Assembly (NCBI RefSeq): GCF_945869175.1
Contig: NZ_CAMBNZ010000003.1
Location: 2,545 to 66,544, forward strand
Source of the DNA: Limnohabitans sp. Rim8
GTDB taxonomy: Bacteria; Pseudomonadota; Gammaproteobacteria; Burkholderiales; Burkholderiaceae_C
Direction of reading: 5' to 3'
DNA: 64,000 bases
The notes under the pieces were generated by a model. It made no database searches. It was not told the origin of the DNA and saw only the letters and a list, made by a program, of their open reading frames with translations. A program made the position numbers and the translations under genes. This document shows positions 31,439 to 41,689 of this stretch, piece by piece (the first letter of the stretch is position 1; each line of letters starts with the position of its first letter).

Positions 31439-32928
31439 ACACCTTGCAGAGCCTGAACCCCGACTGTGCATGGCCAGTGCACGACCGCGCTGGCATTCGG
31501 GCATTGGAAACGTTGCTGCAAGCGCGCAGCCTTGACCCGCTGATGCAGCAAGCGGGACTGGCCACGGCCCAGTTGGCCTTGGCCGTGGCCCCTCATGCAC
31601 AACACATCTGGGTGGCGGCCGGCCCAGGCAACAACGGCGGTGACGGAATCGAAGCAGCTTTCCACCTGCACCAATGGGGCAAGTCGGTTGCTGTGAGCCT
31701 GATCGGACAAGCCGAGGAGCTGCCTGCTGACGCCCAAGCCGCTTGGCAACGCGCACGCCATGCCGGGGTTCCGATTTCCAATACGATGCCCATCGATGGG
31801 CTGAACAATTTGGGGCCGAAAGACCTGATCATCGACGCCCTTTTGGGCATCGGCAGCACGCGGCCATTGCAAGGCCCCATGGTCCCTTGGGTTCAAGCCA
31901 TCAACCAGTCCTGTGCAAAAGTGCTGGCGGTCGATGTGCCCACGGGATTGGATGCCGACTCGGGCCAACTGTCTGGGCAAACCCATGAGTTTCACTGCGT
32001 CAAAGCCGACCACACCCTGACCTTCATCGCCGCCAAAGCCGGCCTGTTCATGGGGCATGGGCGCGATGTGTGCGGGCAAATCTGGCTGGCCAACCTGGGC
32101 AACTCTGTTGACCTTGAGGGGCCTCAACCCGTCGCTTGGCTCAACAAAGGCTCAGTGCGCCCAACCAAAAGCCACGCCAGCCACAAAGGCAGCCATGGCG
32201 ACCTGGCGGTGATCGGCGGAGAAGCGGATGACGCGGGCATGGGCATGACCGGCGCTGCTCTATTGGCCGCCTCAGCGGCCTTGCATGCGGGCGCGGGGCG
32301 CGTTCTCTTGAGCACGCTTTCGGGGCAAGCGATGGACACCGCCCCCCCCGACCTGATGCAACGCCATTGGCAAAGTTTGGAATTGGAACATCTGCAGGTG
32401 GTGTGCGGCTGTGGTGGCGGGAGCGCAGTGAAAGCCGCATTGCCAGACGTTATGCGTCGATCCAAGCAACTGGTGCTGGACGCGGACGGTCTCAATGCCG
32501 TGTCGCAAGACCCCCGTCTGCAAGGGCTGCTGCGCCAACGCGCTCAGTCACACACCACCGTGATCACGCCCCATCCCCTGGAAGCCGCGCGCCTGCTGAA
32601 CAGCAGCACCAGCGAAGTTCAAAATAACCGCCTGAAGGCTGCACAAAACTTGGTCAATCTGTTTGAATGCACCGTGGTTTTGAAAGGCTCGGGCACGGTG
32701 ATCGCCGCACCCGGTCAAACACCACGCATCAACACCACAGGCAATGGCCGCTTGGCCATGGGCGGAACGGGCGATGTGCTCGCCGGTCTTATCGGTGCCC
32801 GCATGGCGCAGGGCTCGAGCGCATTTGAGGCCGCTTGCATGGCCGTGGCCCAACATGGCCAAGTCGCCGACGACTGGCCGCAAGGCTGGGCCCTCACCGC
32901 CAGCCGCTTGGCCCGGCAACTGGCCTGA
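31435..32928 (+). CDS. nnr: bifunctional NAD(P)H-hydrate repair enzyme (epimerase plus ADP-dependent dehydratase, YjeF)
   Basis: 497 aa. It has the YjeF_N motif GPGNNGGDG and the C-terminal carbohydrate-kinase motif GGTGDVLAG. An ATGA overlap couples it to the amidase stop. Confidence 0.88.
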   Translation: MNTLQSLNPDCAWPVHDRAGIRALETLLQARSLDPLMQQAGLATAQLALAVAPHAQHIWVAAGPGNNGGDGIEAAFHLHQWGKSVAVSLIGQAEELPADAQAAWQRARHAGVPISNTMPIDGLNNLGPKDLIIDALLGIGSTRPLQGPMVPWVQAINQSCAKVLAVDVPTGLDADSGQLSGQTHEFHCVKADHTLTFIAAKAGLFMGHGRDVCGQIWLANLGNSVDLEGPQPVAWLNKGSVRPTKSHASHKGSHGDLAVIGGEADDAGMGMTGAALLAASAALHAGAGRVLLSTLSGQAMDTAPPDLMQRHWQSLELEHLQVVCGCGGGSAVKAALPDVMRRSKQLVLDADGLNAVSQDPRLQGLLRQRAQSHTTVITPHPLEAARLLNSSTSEVQNNRLKAAQNLVNLFECTVVLKGSGTVIAAPGQTPRINTTGNGRLAMGGTGDVLAGLIGARMAQGSSAFEAACMAVAQHGQVADDWPQGWALTASRLARQLA

Positions 32929-32934
32929 GGTCAA

Positions 32935-35220
32935 TCAGCGGCGCGGCTTGGTCGAGCGTGACCCTTTTTTCTTGGCCGCCGCTTTTTTCACCGAGGCTTT
33001 GAGCGCCTGAATCGGCGAACGGTTGCGCTCAGCATCGGCCAGCCGGCGATCGGTCGACGATTGCTTTTTGCCTCGCCCGCCTTCAACGGGTGCCGACAAG
33101 CCCTTGTCCCGCATGGCGCGGGGCAACAAGTCGTCGCCCGCATTGACCAAACGAAAATCGATTTTGCGGCCATCCAAATCCACACGACTGACCTGGACCT
33201 GCACCCGGCTGCCAATGGCATAACGGATACCCGTGCGCTCCCCGCGCAACTCTTGGCGCAGCTCATCAAAGCGGTAGTATTCACCACCCAGTTCGGTGAT
33301 GTGCACCAAGCCTTCGACATACAAGCTGTCCAGCGTCACGAAAATGCCGAAACTGGTAGCGGCCGAGACCACCCCACCGTATTCCTCACCCAAATGCTCG
33401 CGCATGTACTTGCACTTGAGCCAAGCCTCCACATCGCGGCTGGCCTCGTCGGCCCGGCGCTCATTCGCGCTGCAATGCAAACCCGCCGCTTCCCAGGCCC
33501 GCTGATCGGCGGCCGACATGCGCACGCGTGGGGCTTGAGATTCGTGCGCGTCACCTTTGGCGGCACGGCTTTTTTCCAGCCGCTTGCTGAGCTTGGCATG
33601 CGCTTCGCCGGGCACGGGCAAGCTGGGCAGCGTGTATTTTCGGCCGAGCAAAATCGATTTGATGACCCGGTGCACCAGCAAATCCGGGTAACGCCGGATC
33701 GGGCTGGTGAAGTGGGTGTAGGCCTCATAAGCCAAGCCAAAGTGTCCGCTGTTCACGGGCGTGTAAATGGCTTGCTGCATGGAGCGCAACAGCATGGTGT
33801 GGATCTGCTGCGCGTCCGGGCGTTCCTTGGTTGCTTGCGCGATTTTCTGAAATTCCGAGGTGTGCGGATCGTCACTGATGCTCATTCCCAAGCCCAAGGC
33901 CTTGAGGTAATTGCGCAAAATGTCCTTTTTCTCAGCCGTGGGGCCTTCGTGCACACGGAACAGACCGGGGTGCTTGCCCTGCTGAATGAAATCAGCACTG
34001 CAGACGTTGGCGGCCAGCATGGCTTCTTCGATCAGGCGGTGCGCTTCATTGCGCACACGTGGCACGATCTTCTCAATGCGCCCGCTCTCGTCGCAGACGA
34101 TTTGCGTCTCAGTGGTTTCAAAATCCACAGCCCCGCGCACGGCACGCGAAGCCAACAAGGCTTTGTAAACATCCTGCAAATTCATCAAGTCCGTCACCCG
34201 CGCTTTGCGTTTGAGGGCTTCGGGCCCGCGCGTGTTGCCCAATATGGCGGCCACTTCGGTGTAAGTGAACCGCGCATGGCTGTGCATCACCGCAGGGTAA
34301 AACTGATAGGCATGCACATCGCCATTGGCGTTGACCAGCATGTCGCAGACCATGCACAAACGGTCCACATCAGGATTCAATGAACACAGGCCATTCGACA
34401 GCTTCTCAGGCAACATGGGAATGACACGGCGCGGGAAATAGACACTGGTGGCACGGTCGTAGGCATCAATGTCAATAGGGGTACCGGTCTGTACATAGTG
34501 ACTCACATCGGCAATCGCCACCAGCAAACGCCAGCCCTTGCCACGGCCGACTTTGGCCGGTTCACAATACACAGCATCGTCAAAATCGCGGGCATCTTCG
34601 CCATCGATGGTGACCAAGGGCACATCGCGCAAATCCACACGGTCTTTGCGATCCTTGGCACCCACCTTGTCAGGCAATCCTTTGGCCTGGTCGATGCAAG
34701 CGGCAGAAAACTCATGTGGCACGCTGTACTTGCGCACCGCAATTTCGATCTCCATGCCTGGGTCGTCAATTTCGCCCAAGACCTCTTTGACACGGCCCAC
34801 GGGTTGCCCAAACAAAGCGGGCGGCTCGGTCAACTCGACCACCACCACTTGGCCAGGCTTGGCCGGGCCGATGGCCCCTTTGGGGATCATCACGTCTTGG
34901 CCATAACGTTTGTCTTCTGGTGCCACCAACCACAGACCGCCTTCGTGCAGCAAGCGACCAATGATGGGCTGCTCAGGGCGTTCAACGATCTCGACAATGC
35001 GCCCTTCAGGCCGACCCTTGCGGTCCTGGCGCACGATGCGAACTTTGACCCGGTCACGGTGCAAAACAGCACGCATCTCATTGGGCGAGAGGTAAATGTC
35101 CGACTCTCCGCTGTCTCGGATCAAGAAGCCATGACCGTCGCGGTGTCCTTGGACACTGCCCTCGATTTCTTCCAGCAAGCCGCTGGGTGGCAGTGCTTTT
35201 TTGATATACAATCCTTTCAT
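32935..35220 (-). CDS. rnr: ribonuclease R
   Basis: 761 aa. It has cold-shock-like N-domains, the RNB catalytic domain (DGEDARDFDDAV), an S1 domain and a Lys/Arg-rich C-terminal tail. Confidence 0.93.
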   Translation of the reverse strand: MKGLYIKKALPPSGLLEEIEGSVQGHRDGHGFLIRDSGESDIYLSPNEMRAVLHRDRVKVRIVRQDRKGRPEGRIVEIVERPEQPIIGRLLHEGGLWLVAPEDKRYGQDVMIPKGAIGPAKPGQVVVVELTEPPALFGQPVGRVKEVLGEIDDPGMEIEIAVRKYSVPHEFSAACIDQAKGLPDKVGAKDRKDRVDLRDVPLVTIDGEDARDFDDAVYCEPAKVGRGKGWRLLVAIADVSHYVQTGTPIDIDAYDRATSVYFPRRVIPMLPEKLSNGLCSLNPDVDRLCMVCDMLVNANGDVHAYQFYPAVMHSHARFTYTEVAAILGNTRGPEALKRKARVTDLMNLQDVYKALLASRAVRGAVDFETTETQIVCDESGRIEKIVPRVRNEAHRLIEEAMLAANVCSADFIQQGKHPGLFRVHEGPTAEKKDILRNYLKALGLGMSISDDPHTSEFQKIAQATKERPDAQQIHTMLLRSMQQAIYTPVNSGHFGLAYEAYTHFTSPIRRYPDLLVHRVIKSILLGRKYTLPSLPVPGEAHAKLSKRLEKSRAAKGDAHESQAPRVRMSAADQRAWEAAGLHCSANERRADEASRDVEAWLKCKYMREHLGEEYGGVVSAATSFGIFVTLDSLYVEGLVHITELGGEYYRFDELRQELRGERTGIRYAIGSRVQVQVSRVDLDGRKIDFRLVNAGDDLLPRAMRDKGLSAPVEGGRGKKQSSTDRRLADAERNRSPIQALKASVKKAAAKKKGSRSTKPRR

Positions 35221-35229
35221 TCCTGAGGC

Positions 35230-35314
<85 letters not shown>

Positions 35315-35446
35315 ATGCGATCGAACCGGGTAAGTTAAAAACAGCGCAAGCCGTTGGTCCAGCATCAGCGGCTTTTTTGTTGCCTGTCATCTGTTGATGG
35401 ATACCCCAAGCCAACCGAAAGCTGGCCAAGAACGTAGCCGATGGCA

Positions 35447-36856
35447 TCAAACCGGAACCCCCACCAGATCATGGCCTTCCACGCTGACAATGCGGGCTCG
35501 GGTGAAATCACCCACTTTCAAGGTCTTGCTTAATTTTTCGGGTGGCAACAAACGCACCACGCCATCGATCTCAGGGGCATCGCCAAAGCTTCGGCCCACA
35601 CCACCCCGACGGCCCATGGCTGGGGCAGAGTCCACCAACACCTGCATGGTCGAACCCACACGCTGGTGCAAGCGGGCAATCGACACCTCCTCGGCCACCG
35701 CCATGAAACGGGCACGACGCTCTTCCCGCACAGCCTCTGGCAACATACCGGGCAAGTCGTTGGCTGTGGCGCCCTTCACCGGGCTGTAGGCAAAGCAACC
35801 GGCGCGGTCAATTTGCGCTTCGCGCAAAAAGCCCAACAGATGCTCAAATTCTTCTTCGGTCTCACCCGGAAAGCCCGCAATGAAGGTGCTGCGAATGACC
35901 AACTCCGGGCACAGTTCGCGCCAACGCTGGATGCGTTCCAGATTTTTCTCGCCACTCGCTGGTCGCTTCATGCGTTTGAGCACATCCGGGTGGCTGTGCT
36001 GAAACGGCACATCCAAATAAGGCAAGACCAAGCCCTGCGCCATCAAGGGGATGATGTCGTCCACGCTCGGGTACGGGTACACATAGTGCAGGCGCACCCA
36101 AGCGTCGTGCTCGCGGGCCATCTCGCCCAAGGTTTGAACCAACTCCAACATCCGGGTTTTGACCGGTTTGCCATCCCAAAATCCGGTGCGGTATTTCACA
36201 TCCACCCCATAAGCCGAGGTGTCTTGGCTGATGACCAACAGCTCTTTCACGCCACCTTCAAACAGGGCCTTGGCTTCTTTGAGCACATCTCCAATGGGGC
36301 GCGACACCAGATCGCCGCGCATGGATGGGATGATGCAAAACGTACAGCGGTGGTTACAGCCTTCGCTGATCTTCAAATACGCATAGTGACGGGGCGTGAG
36401 CTTGAGACCCGCCTCCCCAAAACCACCGGGGACCAAATCCAAAAACGGGTCGTGCGGTTTGGGCAAATGCGTGTGCACCGCGTCCATCACCTCTTGTGTG
36501 GCATGCGGTCCGGTCACGGCCAGCACGCTGGGGTGCATTTCCAACACCATGTTGCCACCGCCCTCGCCCGTTTTGGCCCCCAAGCAACCGGTCACGATCA
36601 CTTTGCCGTTTTCACTCAGGGCTTCTGCGATCGTGTCCAAGCTTTCCTTGATGGCTTCGTCAATGAAACCACAGGTGTTCACAATGACCAAGTCCGCGCC
36701 TTCAAAGGTTTTGGAGGTTTGGTAGCCCTCGGCGCTCAGTTGCGTCAGGATCAGCTCGGAATCGGTCAGTGCTTTGGGACACCCCAGGCTGACAAAACCC
36801 ACTTTGGGGGACGGAAGAATTGCGGGAAGGGTTGCAATTGGGATCATTTCACTCAT
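35447..36856 (-). CDS. rimO: ribosomal protein S12 methylthiotransferase RimO
   Basis: 469 aa. It has [16 protein letters not shown], the radical-SAM [11 protein letters not shown] motif and a TRAM C-terminus. Confidence 0.92.
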   Translation of the reverse strand: MSEMIPIATLPAILPSPKVGFVSLGCPKALTDSELILTQLSAEGYQTSKTFEGADLVIVNTCGFIDEAIKESLDTIAEALSENGKVIVTGCLGAKTGEGGGNMVLEMHPSVLAVTGPHATQEVMDAVHTHLPKPHDPFLDLVPGGFGEAGLKLTPRHYAYLKISEGCNHRCTFCIIPSMRGDLVSRPIGDVLKEAKALFEGGVKELLVISQDTSAYGVDVKYRTGFWDGKPVKTRMLELVQTLGEMAREHDAWVRLHYVYPYPSVDDIIPLMAQGLVLPYLDVPFQHSHPDVLKRMKRPASGEKNLERIQRWRELCPELVIRSTFIAGFPGETEEEFEHLLGFLREAQIDRAGCFAYSPVKGATANDLPGMLPEAVREERRARFMAVAEEVSIARLHQRVGSTMQVLVDSAPAMGRRGGVGRSFGDAPEIDGVVRLLPPEKLSKTLKVGDFTRARIVSVEGHDLVGVPV

Positions 36857-36913
36857 GACCTTATTGTCCCCGTAAAAACGACCGGGTTATGACAAAAGGT
36901 CATGAAGGGCCCC

Positions 36914-37465
36914 TCAAGTTCTCAAACCCATCACGCCCAGCAACTGTTCTGTGTTCTTGTGAATTTGCTTTTGCAGCTGCTCTTGCAATTGCGTCATCAC
37001 GTTTTCGGAGGGATTGACCAGGCCAGAGAACATGTTTTGCATCAACGGGGTCTGCAGTTGCATGAATTGCGCCCACACCTCGGGGCTCAGCGCGGGACTG
37101 GATTCACCCAGCTTGCTTTGCCAATCCATGAAGGACTGCACATGGTTCTCGAGATATGAACCCATGTGCCCCTGCATGGCATGGCCATAAAACCGAATGA
37201 TGTTGGACAAGACGGCTTCACTGAACATGGGCACCCCCGCAGACTCCTCTTCCAAAATGATCTGCAGCAAGATGGCGCGGGTCAGGTCTTCGCCTGTTTT
37301 GGCATCCAGCACCACCAAAGGCGAGGCGCTCAAGACCAGTTTTTTGATTTCGGTCAGGGTCACATACGTGGAAGTTTCCGTGTCGTACAAGCGCCGATTG
37401 GGGTATTTCTTGATGGTTCGCACAAGGTCTGGCGTGCGCGAAGATGCCGACTTGGCTGATTTCAT
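36914..37465 (-). CDS. phaR: polyhydroxyalkanoate synthesis repressor PhaR
   Basis: The ORF is trimmed to the ATG at 37465. It has the signature IKKYPNRRLYDTETSTYVTLTEIKKLV. Length is 183 aa. Confidence 0.88.
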   Translation of the reverse strand: MKSAKSASSRTPDLVRTIKKYPNRRLYDTETSTYVTLTEIKKLVLSASPLVVLDAKTGEDLTRAILLQIILEEESAGVPMFSEAVLSNIIRFYGHAMQGHMGSYLENHVQSFMDWQSKLGESSPALSPEVWAQFMQLQTPLMQNMFSGLVNPSENVMTQLQEQLQKQIHKNTEQLLGVMGLRT

Positions 37466-37516
37466 CGACGGTGCGGACGGCTTGACGGGCAAAAAAAACT
37501 CCTGATGACTGACTGA

Positions 37517-37539
37517 CCATTGCAAATCTGCTGCAATGG
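37517..37539. promoter_or_regulatory. 8-bp perfect inverted repeat CCATTGCA-N7-TGCAATGG upstream of phaR (candidate PhaR operator)
   Basis: Read directly from the sequence. It lies 52 to 74 nt upstream of the phaR ATG, in the phaR/ribE divergent region. Confidence 0.35.
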
Positions 37540-37679
37540 ACCATTCTAGGCACACACCCAGGCCTCTCAAGCCTTGGTTAACCCTGATCCCTTTTGGCTG
37601 ACCCTTCAAAAAGCCCGCGCAGGGTTTTTTGTTGGAGGTCACATCGTTTCACCCTCTTTACCTGCGAAAATACACCGCT

Positions 37680-38318
37680 ATGTTCACCGGAATCATCACC
37701 GGCGTGGGGCGAATCGTCGCCATCCACGACCTGGGTCGCTCTTTACAACACGGCAAACGCCTCACCATCGAGGTCCCTGCCGGTTACCTTGACGACGTGG
37801 GTCTGGGCGACAGCATCGCCTTGAACGGCGCCTGCATGACCGTCACCACCTTCAGCCCCGAGAGCCGTCAGTTCACCATCGACATCTCGGCCGAATCCTT
37901 GGACAAGACCAGCGGTCTGGACCAAGAAGGCACCGTCAACCTCGAAAAAGCCTTGCGCGCCAACGACCGATTGGGCGGCCACATCGTGTCCGGTCACGTG
38001 GACGGCGTGGGCTCGGTCAGCCGATTCGAGGAAATTGGCGAAAGCTGGGAACTTTGCGTGCTGGCCCCTTTGTCGCTGGCCAAATACCTGGCCTACAAAG
38101 GCTCCATCACGGTCAATGGTGTGAGCCTCACCGTCAACCGGGTCACCGACCAAGCTGCAGGCTGCGAAGTCAGCATCAACCTGATCCCGCACACGGTGCA
38201 AAACACCGCACTTGGGCACCTCCAAACAGGCAGTCCCGTCAACCTTGAAATCGACACCGTTGCCCGTTACGTGGAGCGCATGCTCAGCGCGGGCCTGATT
38301 CAGAAAGAGCATGAATGA
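37680..38318 (+). CDS. ribE: riboflavin synthase (alpha chain)
   Basis: The ORF is trimmed to the ATG at 37680 ([13 protein letters not shown]). It shows the internal duplication (NGACMTV / NGVSLTV). Length is 212 aa. Confidence 0.93.
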   Translation: MFTGIITGVGRIVAIHDLGRSLQHGKRLTIEVPAGYLDDVGLGDSIALNGACMTVTTFSPESRQFTIDISAESLDKTSGLDQEGTVNLEKALRANDRLGGHIVSGHVDGVGSVSRFEEIGESWELCVLAPLSLAKYLAYKGSITVNGVSLTVNRVTDQAAGCEVSINLIPHTVQNTALGHLQTGSPVNLEIDTVARYVERMLSAGLIQKEHE

Positions 38319-39442
38319 ACGCCCCCAAACAAGCAACACCCGTGGCGATCTCGCCGGTTGAAGAGATCGTGGCCGAGATGAAAGCCGGCCGCATCGTGAT
38401 CCTGGTGGACGAAGAAGACCGCGAAAACGAAGGCGATCTGGTGCTGGCCTCTGACCACGTCACGCCTGAAGCCATCAACTTCATGGCCCGCTTCGGCCGG
38501 GGCCTGATTTGCCTCACACTCACCCGCGAGCGCTGCGAATTTTTGAAGTTGCCGCCCATGGCAGCGCGCAATGGCACCGTCTACAGCACCGCGTTCACCG
38601 TGTCCATTGAGGCCGCTGAAGGCGTGACCACCGGCATTTCGGCTGCCGACCGCGCCAAGACAGTCCAAGTGGCCGTGGCGCGAAATACCCAGCCCAGCGA
38701 TCTGGTGCAACCCGGTCACATTTTCCCGCTGCAAGCCGTGGACGGCGGTGTCCTCATGCGTGCTGGCCACACCGAAGCCGGTTGCGATTTGGCCGCCATG
38801 GCCGGCTGCTCACCGTCCTCGGTGATCTGCGAGATCATGAAGGACGACGGCACCATGGCCCGCTTGCCCGATCTGCAAATTTTTGCAGCCGAACATGGCC
38901 TCAAAATCGGCACGATTGCCGATCTGATCCAGTACCGTAGCCGCAATGAAAGCCTGGTGGAGCGCATCGGCAGCCGCACCTTGCAAACCGCCCACGGCGA
39001 ATTCACCGCCCACGCTTTTCGCGACCAACCCAGCCAAACCGTGCACCTGGCCCTGGTCAAAGGCCAATGGTCCGCCGACTCGGAAGTGGCAGTGCGCGTG
39101 CACGAGCCGCTGTCGGTGCTCGATGCGCTGGAAATCAACCGCGCCATGCACTCGTGGAGCCTGGACGCCAGTTTGAAATACATCCATGCCCAAGGCTGCG
39201 GTGTGGCCGTGCTGCTCAACTGCGGTGAATCGGCCGACCAACTCTTGGCCCAATTTGAAGGCCGAGCCCGCTCGGCCCAAGCGCCTGAGCGCGGCAAGAT
39301 GGACCTGCGCACTTACGGTGTGGGGGCCCAAATCTTGCGTGAATGCGGCGTGCAAAAAATGAAACTCATGGGCAACCCCCGACGCATGCCCAGCATGACG
39401 GGTTACGGCCTCGAAATCACCGCTTACATCTCCAAGGAATAA
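38315..39442 (+). CDS. ribB: 3,4-dihydroxy-2-butanone-4-phosphate synthase fused to a degenerate GTP cyclohydrolase II-like domain (RibBX-type)
   Basis: 375 aa. The N-terminal half has canonical DHBPS motifs ([20 protein letters not shown]). The C-terminal half aligns to RibA but lacks the Zn-ligand cysteines (see findings). Confidence 0.85.
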   Translation: MNAPKQATPVAISPVEEIVAEMKAGRIVILVDEEDRENEGDLVLASDHVTPEAINFMARFGRGLICLTLTRERCEFLKLPPMAARNGTVYSTAFTVSIEAAEGVTTGISAADRAKTVQVAVARNTQPSDLVQPGHIFPLQAVDGGVLMRAGHTEAGCDLAAMAGCSPSSVICEIMKDDGTMARLPDLQIFAAEHGLKIGTIADLIQYRSRNESLVERIGSRTLQTAHGEFTAHAFRDQPSQTVHLALVKGQWSADSEVAVRVHEPLSVLDALEINRAMHSWSLDASLKYIHAQGCGVAVLLNCGESADQLLAQFEGRARSAQAPERGKMDLRTYGVGAQILRECGVQKMKLMGNPRRMPSMTGYGLEITAYISKE

Positions 39443-39444
39443 CC

Positions 39445-39951
39445 ATGCTCGAAGCCAACAAAGGTCAAGCCGAGGAACTCGACGGCCAATTTCTGCACAT
39501 CGGCATCGTGCAAGCCCGATTCAACGAAGACATCACCAACGCCTTGGCCGCAGCCTGCATTGCCGAACTCGAAGCCTTGGGGGTGACCAGCATCGACCAC
39601 GTCATGGTGCCCGGCGCTCTGGAAGTGCCTGTGGCCCTGCAGGCCATGGCCGAGCGTGCCGAATACGACGCGCTGATCGCCTTGGGCTGCATCATCCGCG
39701 GAGAGACCTACCATTTTGAATTGGTGGCCAACGAGTCTGGCGCGGGTGTGAGCCGCGTGTCGCTGGACTACAACCTGCCGATTGCCAACGCGATTTTGAC
39801 CACCGAAAACCTGGAGCAAGCCCTTGCACGCCAGACCGAAAAAGGGCGCGATGCAGCCCGCGTGGCGGTCGAAATGGCCTGCATCATGGACGACCTGGCC
39901 GCCGACATGGCCGAGCTGGCCGACGATTTCGACGAAGAAGACCCCGCGTGA
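39445..39951 (+). CDS. ribH: 6,7-dimethyl-8-ribityllumazine synthase
   Basis: The ORF is trimmed to the ATG at 39445. It has [21 protein letters not shown] and [12 protein letters not shown]. Length is 168 aa. Confidence 0.93.
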   Translation: MLEANKGQAEELDGQFLHIGIVQARFNEDITNALAAACIAELEALGVTSIDHVMVPGALEVPVALQAMAERAEYDALIALGCIIRGETYHFELVANESGAGVSRVSLDYNLPIANAILTTENLEQALARQTEKGRDAARVAVEMACIMDDLAADMAELADDFDEEDPA

Positions 39952-40475
39952 TGACCCAACCGACCCGCACAGCCGAGACCGCCAACGATGGCACGCCATC
40001 GACCGCAGCTGGAACACGCAAATCCTCGGCCAAGCCTGCCCGCAGTCGCTCGCGCGAGTTTGCTTTGCAGGCGCTTTACCAACACATCGTCGGCCGCAAC
40101 GAGGCGTCGGACATCGACCTGTTCACACGCGACTTGTCCGGTTTTCACAAAGCCGACTCGGCCCACTACGACGCCCTGCTCTTCGGTTGTATCGAACAAG
40201 CGCAAACCATGGACGCCCTGATCGCGCCCAAGCTGGACCGCAGCTTTGCCGAAATTTCGCCTATTGAGCACGCCATCATGTGGATTGGCGTTTACGAAAT
40301 GCAGCACTGCCTGGATGTGCCATGGCGCGTGGTCCTCAATGAATGCATCGAGCTTGCCAAGGACTTTGGCGGCACCGATGGCCACAAGTACGTCAACGCC
40401 GTGCTGGGCGGCCTGGCTCCCGAGCTGCGCAGCGCCGAAGTCCAAGCCGACCGCCAATCTGGTCGCGCCAGATAA
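39948..40475 (+). CDS. nusB: transcription antitermination factor NusB
   Basis: 175 aa. It has [13 protein letters not shown] and [24 protein letters not shown]. It follows ribH, as is widely conserved. Confidence 0.92.
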   Translation: MMTQPTRTAETANDGTPSTAAGTRKSSAKPARSRSREFALQALYQHIVGRNEASDIDLFTRDLSGFHKADSAHYDALLFGCIEQAQTMDALIAPKLDRSFAEISPIEHAIMWIGVYEMQHCLDVPWRVVLNECIELAKDFGGTDGHKYVNAVLGGLAPELRSAEVQADRQSGRAR

Positions 40476-40501
40476 ACGACACCCCCCACACCCCAGACAC
40501 C

Positions 40502-41689
40502 ATGCGCATTTCTGAGCGAGCCGAGCGGATCGAACCCTTTTGGGTCATGGAAGTGGCCAAAGCCGCATCCCAAAAAGCCCTTGAGGTTGCACACACCGAC
40601 CGGCCCGTGGTGTTCCTCAACATCGGCGAACCCGACTTCACCGCCCCCCCCCGCGTGAAACAACTCGCGCAGGCCACCATCGAGGCCGGACACACCCAAT
40701 ACACCCCAGCTTTGGGCTTGGACGCTTTGCGTCAAGCCATCAGTGGCTGGTACGCGCAGCGTTTTGGCGTGGTGGTGCCCGCAAGCCGCATTGTGGTCAC
40801 CGCAGGCGCTTCAGCGGCTTTGCAATTGGCTTGCTTGGCGCTGATTGACAGGGGCGACGAAATCCTCATGCCCGACCCGAGTTACCCCTGCAACCGCCAA
40901 TTTGTGAGCGCGGCAGACGGCAAAGCGGTCTTGCTCCCCACCACCGCCCAGGAGCGCTTTCAGCTCAGTGCGGCCAAAGTCGCTGCCGCATGGGGTCCCC
41001 ACACCCGCGGCGTCTTGCTGGCGTCGCCCTCCAACCCCACGGGCACGTCTATCGACCCGGCCGAGTTGGCCCGCATCGTGGATGTGGTGCGTTCGCACGG
41101 CGGCATCACCCTGATCGACGAAATTTACCTGGGCTTGAGCCACGACGACGCCTTTGGCCAAAGCGCATTGGCCCTGGGTGAAGACGTCATCAGCATCAAC
41201 AGCTTCAGCAAATACTTCAACATGACCGGCTGGCGTCTGGGCTGGCTGGTGGTGCCCGAACATCTCACTCCCGTGCTGGAGCGCTTGGCGCAAAACCTGT
41301 TCATTTGCGCCAGCACCGTGGCGCAACAAGCGGCCCTGGCCTGCTTTGAGCCCGAGAGCCTGGCCGAATACGAGCGCCGTCGCGCCGAGTTCAAGGCCCG
41401 ACGCGATTACTTCATCCCGGCCCTGAACGAGCTGGGCCTGAGCGTGCCCGTGGCCCCCGATGGCGCGTTTTACGCCTGGGCCGACTGCACCGCTGCCTGC
41501 CAACAACTGGGCCTCAAAGACAGCTGGGACTTTGCCTTGGCCGCACTGGAACACGCCCATGTCGCCATCACGCCGGGACGCGACTTTGGCACCGACCAAA
41601 CCGCTCGTTTTGTGCGTTTTTCCACCGCCAACTCGATGGGCGAACTGCAAACCGCCATCGACCGCCTGAAAGCCTGGTTGCAGCCATGA
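40502..41689 (+). CDS. class I/II PLP-dependent aminotransferase
   Basis: The ORF is trimmed to the ATG at 40502 (MRISERAERIEPFWVMEV). It has the PLP-lysine block NSFSKYFNMTGWRLGW. Length is 395 aa. Confidence 0.85.
   Translation: MRISERAERIEPFWVMEVAKAASQKALEVAHTDRPVVFLNIGEPDFTAPPRVKQLAQATIEAGHTQYTPALGLDALRQAISGWYAQRFGVVVPASRIVVTAGASAALQLACLALIDRGDEILMPDPSYPCNRQFVSAADGKAVLLPTTAQERFQLSAAKVAAAWGPHTRGVLLASPSNPTGTSIDPAELARIVDVVRSHGGITLIDEIYLGLSHDDAFGQSALALGEDVISINSFSKYFNMTGWRLGWLVVPEHLTPVLERLAQNLFICASTVAQQAALACFEPESLAEYERRRAEFKARRDYFIPALNELGLSVPVAPDGAFYAWADCTAACQQLGLKDSWDFALAALEHAHVAITPGRDFGTDQTARFVRFSTANSMGELQTAIDRLKAWLQP

Noticed and set aside
30515-32127. Minus-strand ORFs of 413 aa and 344 aa opposite the amidase and nnr genes.
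   Set aside because: They are antisense shadows. The plus-strand genes carry unambiguous family signatures and these ORFs do not.
37466-37679. An FMN (RFN) riboswitch was expected upstream of the rib operon.
   Set aside because: I could not find the conserved RFN core segments by eye. Only a short terminator-like hairpin is present, and it is reported as a low-interest finding. An Infernal scan is needed for certainty.
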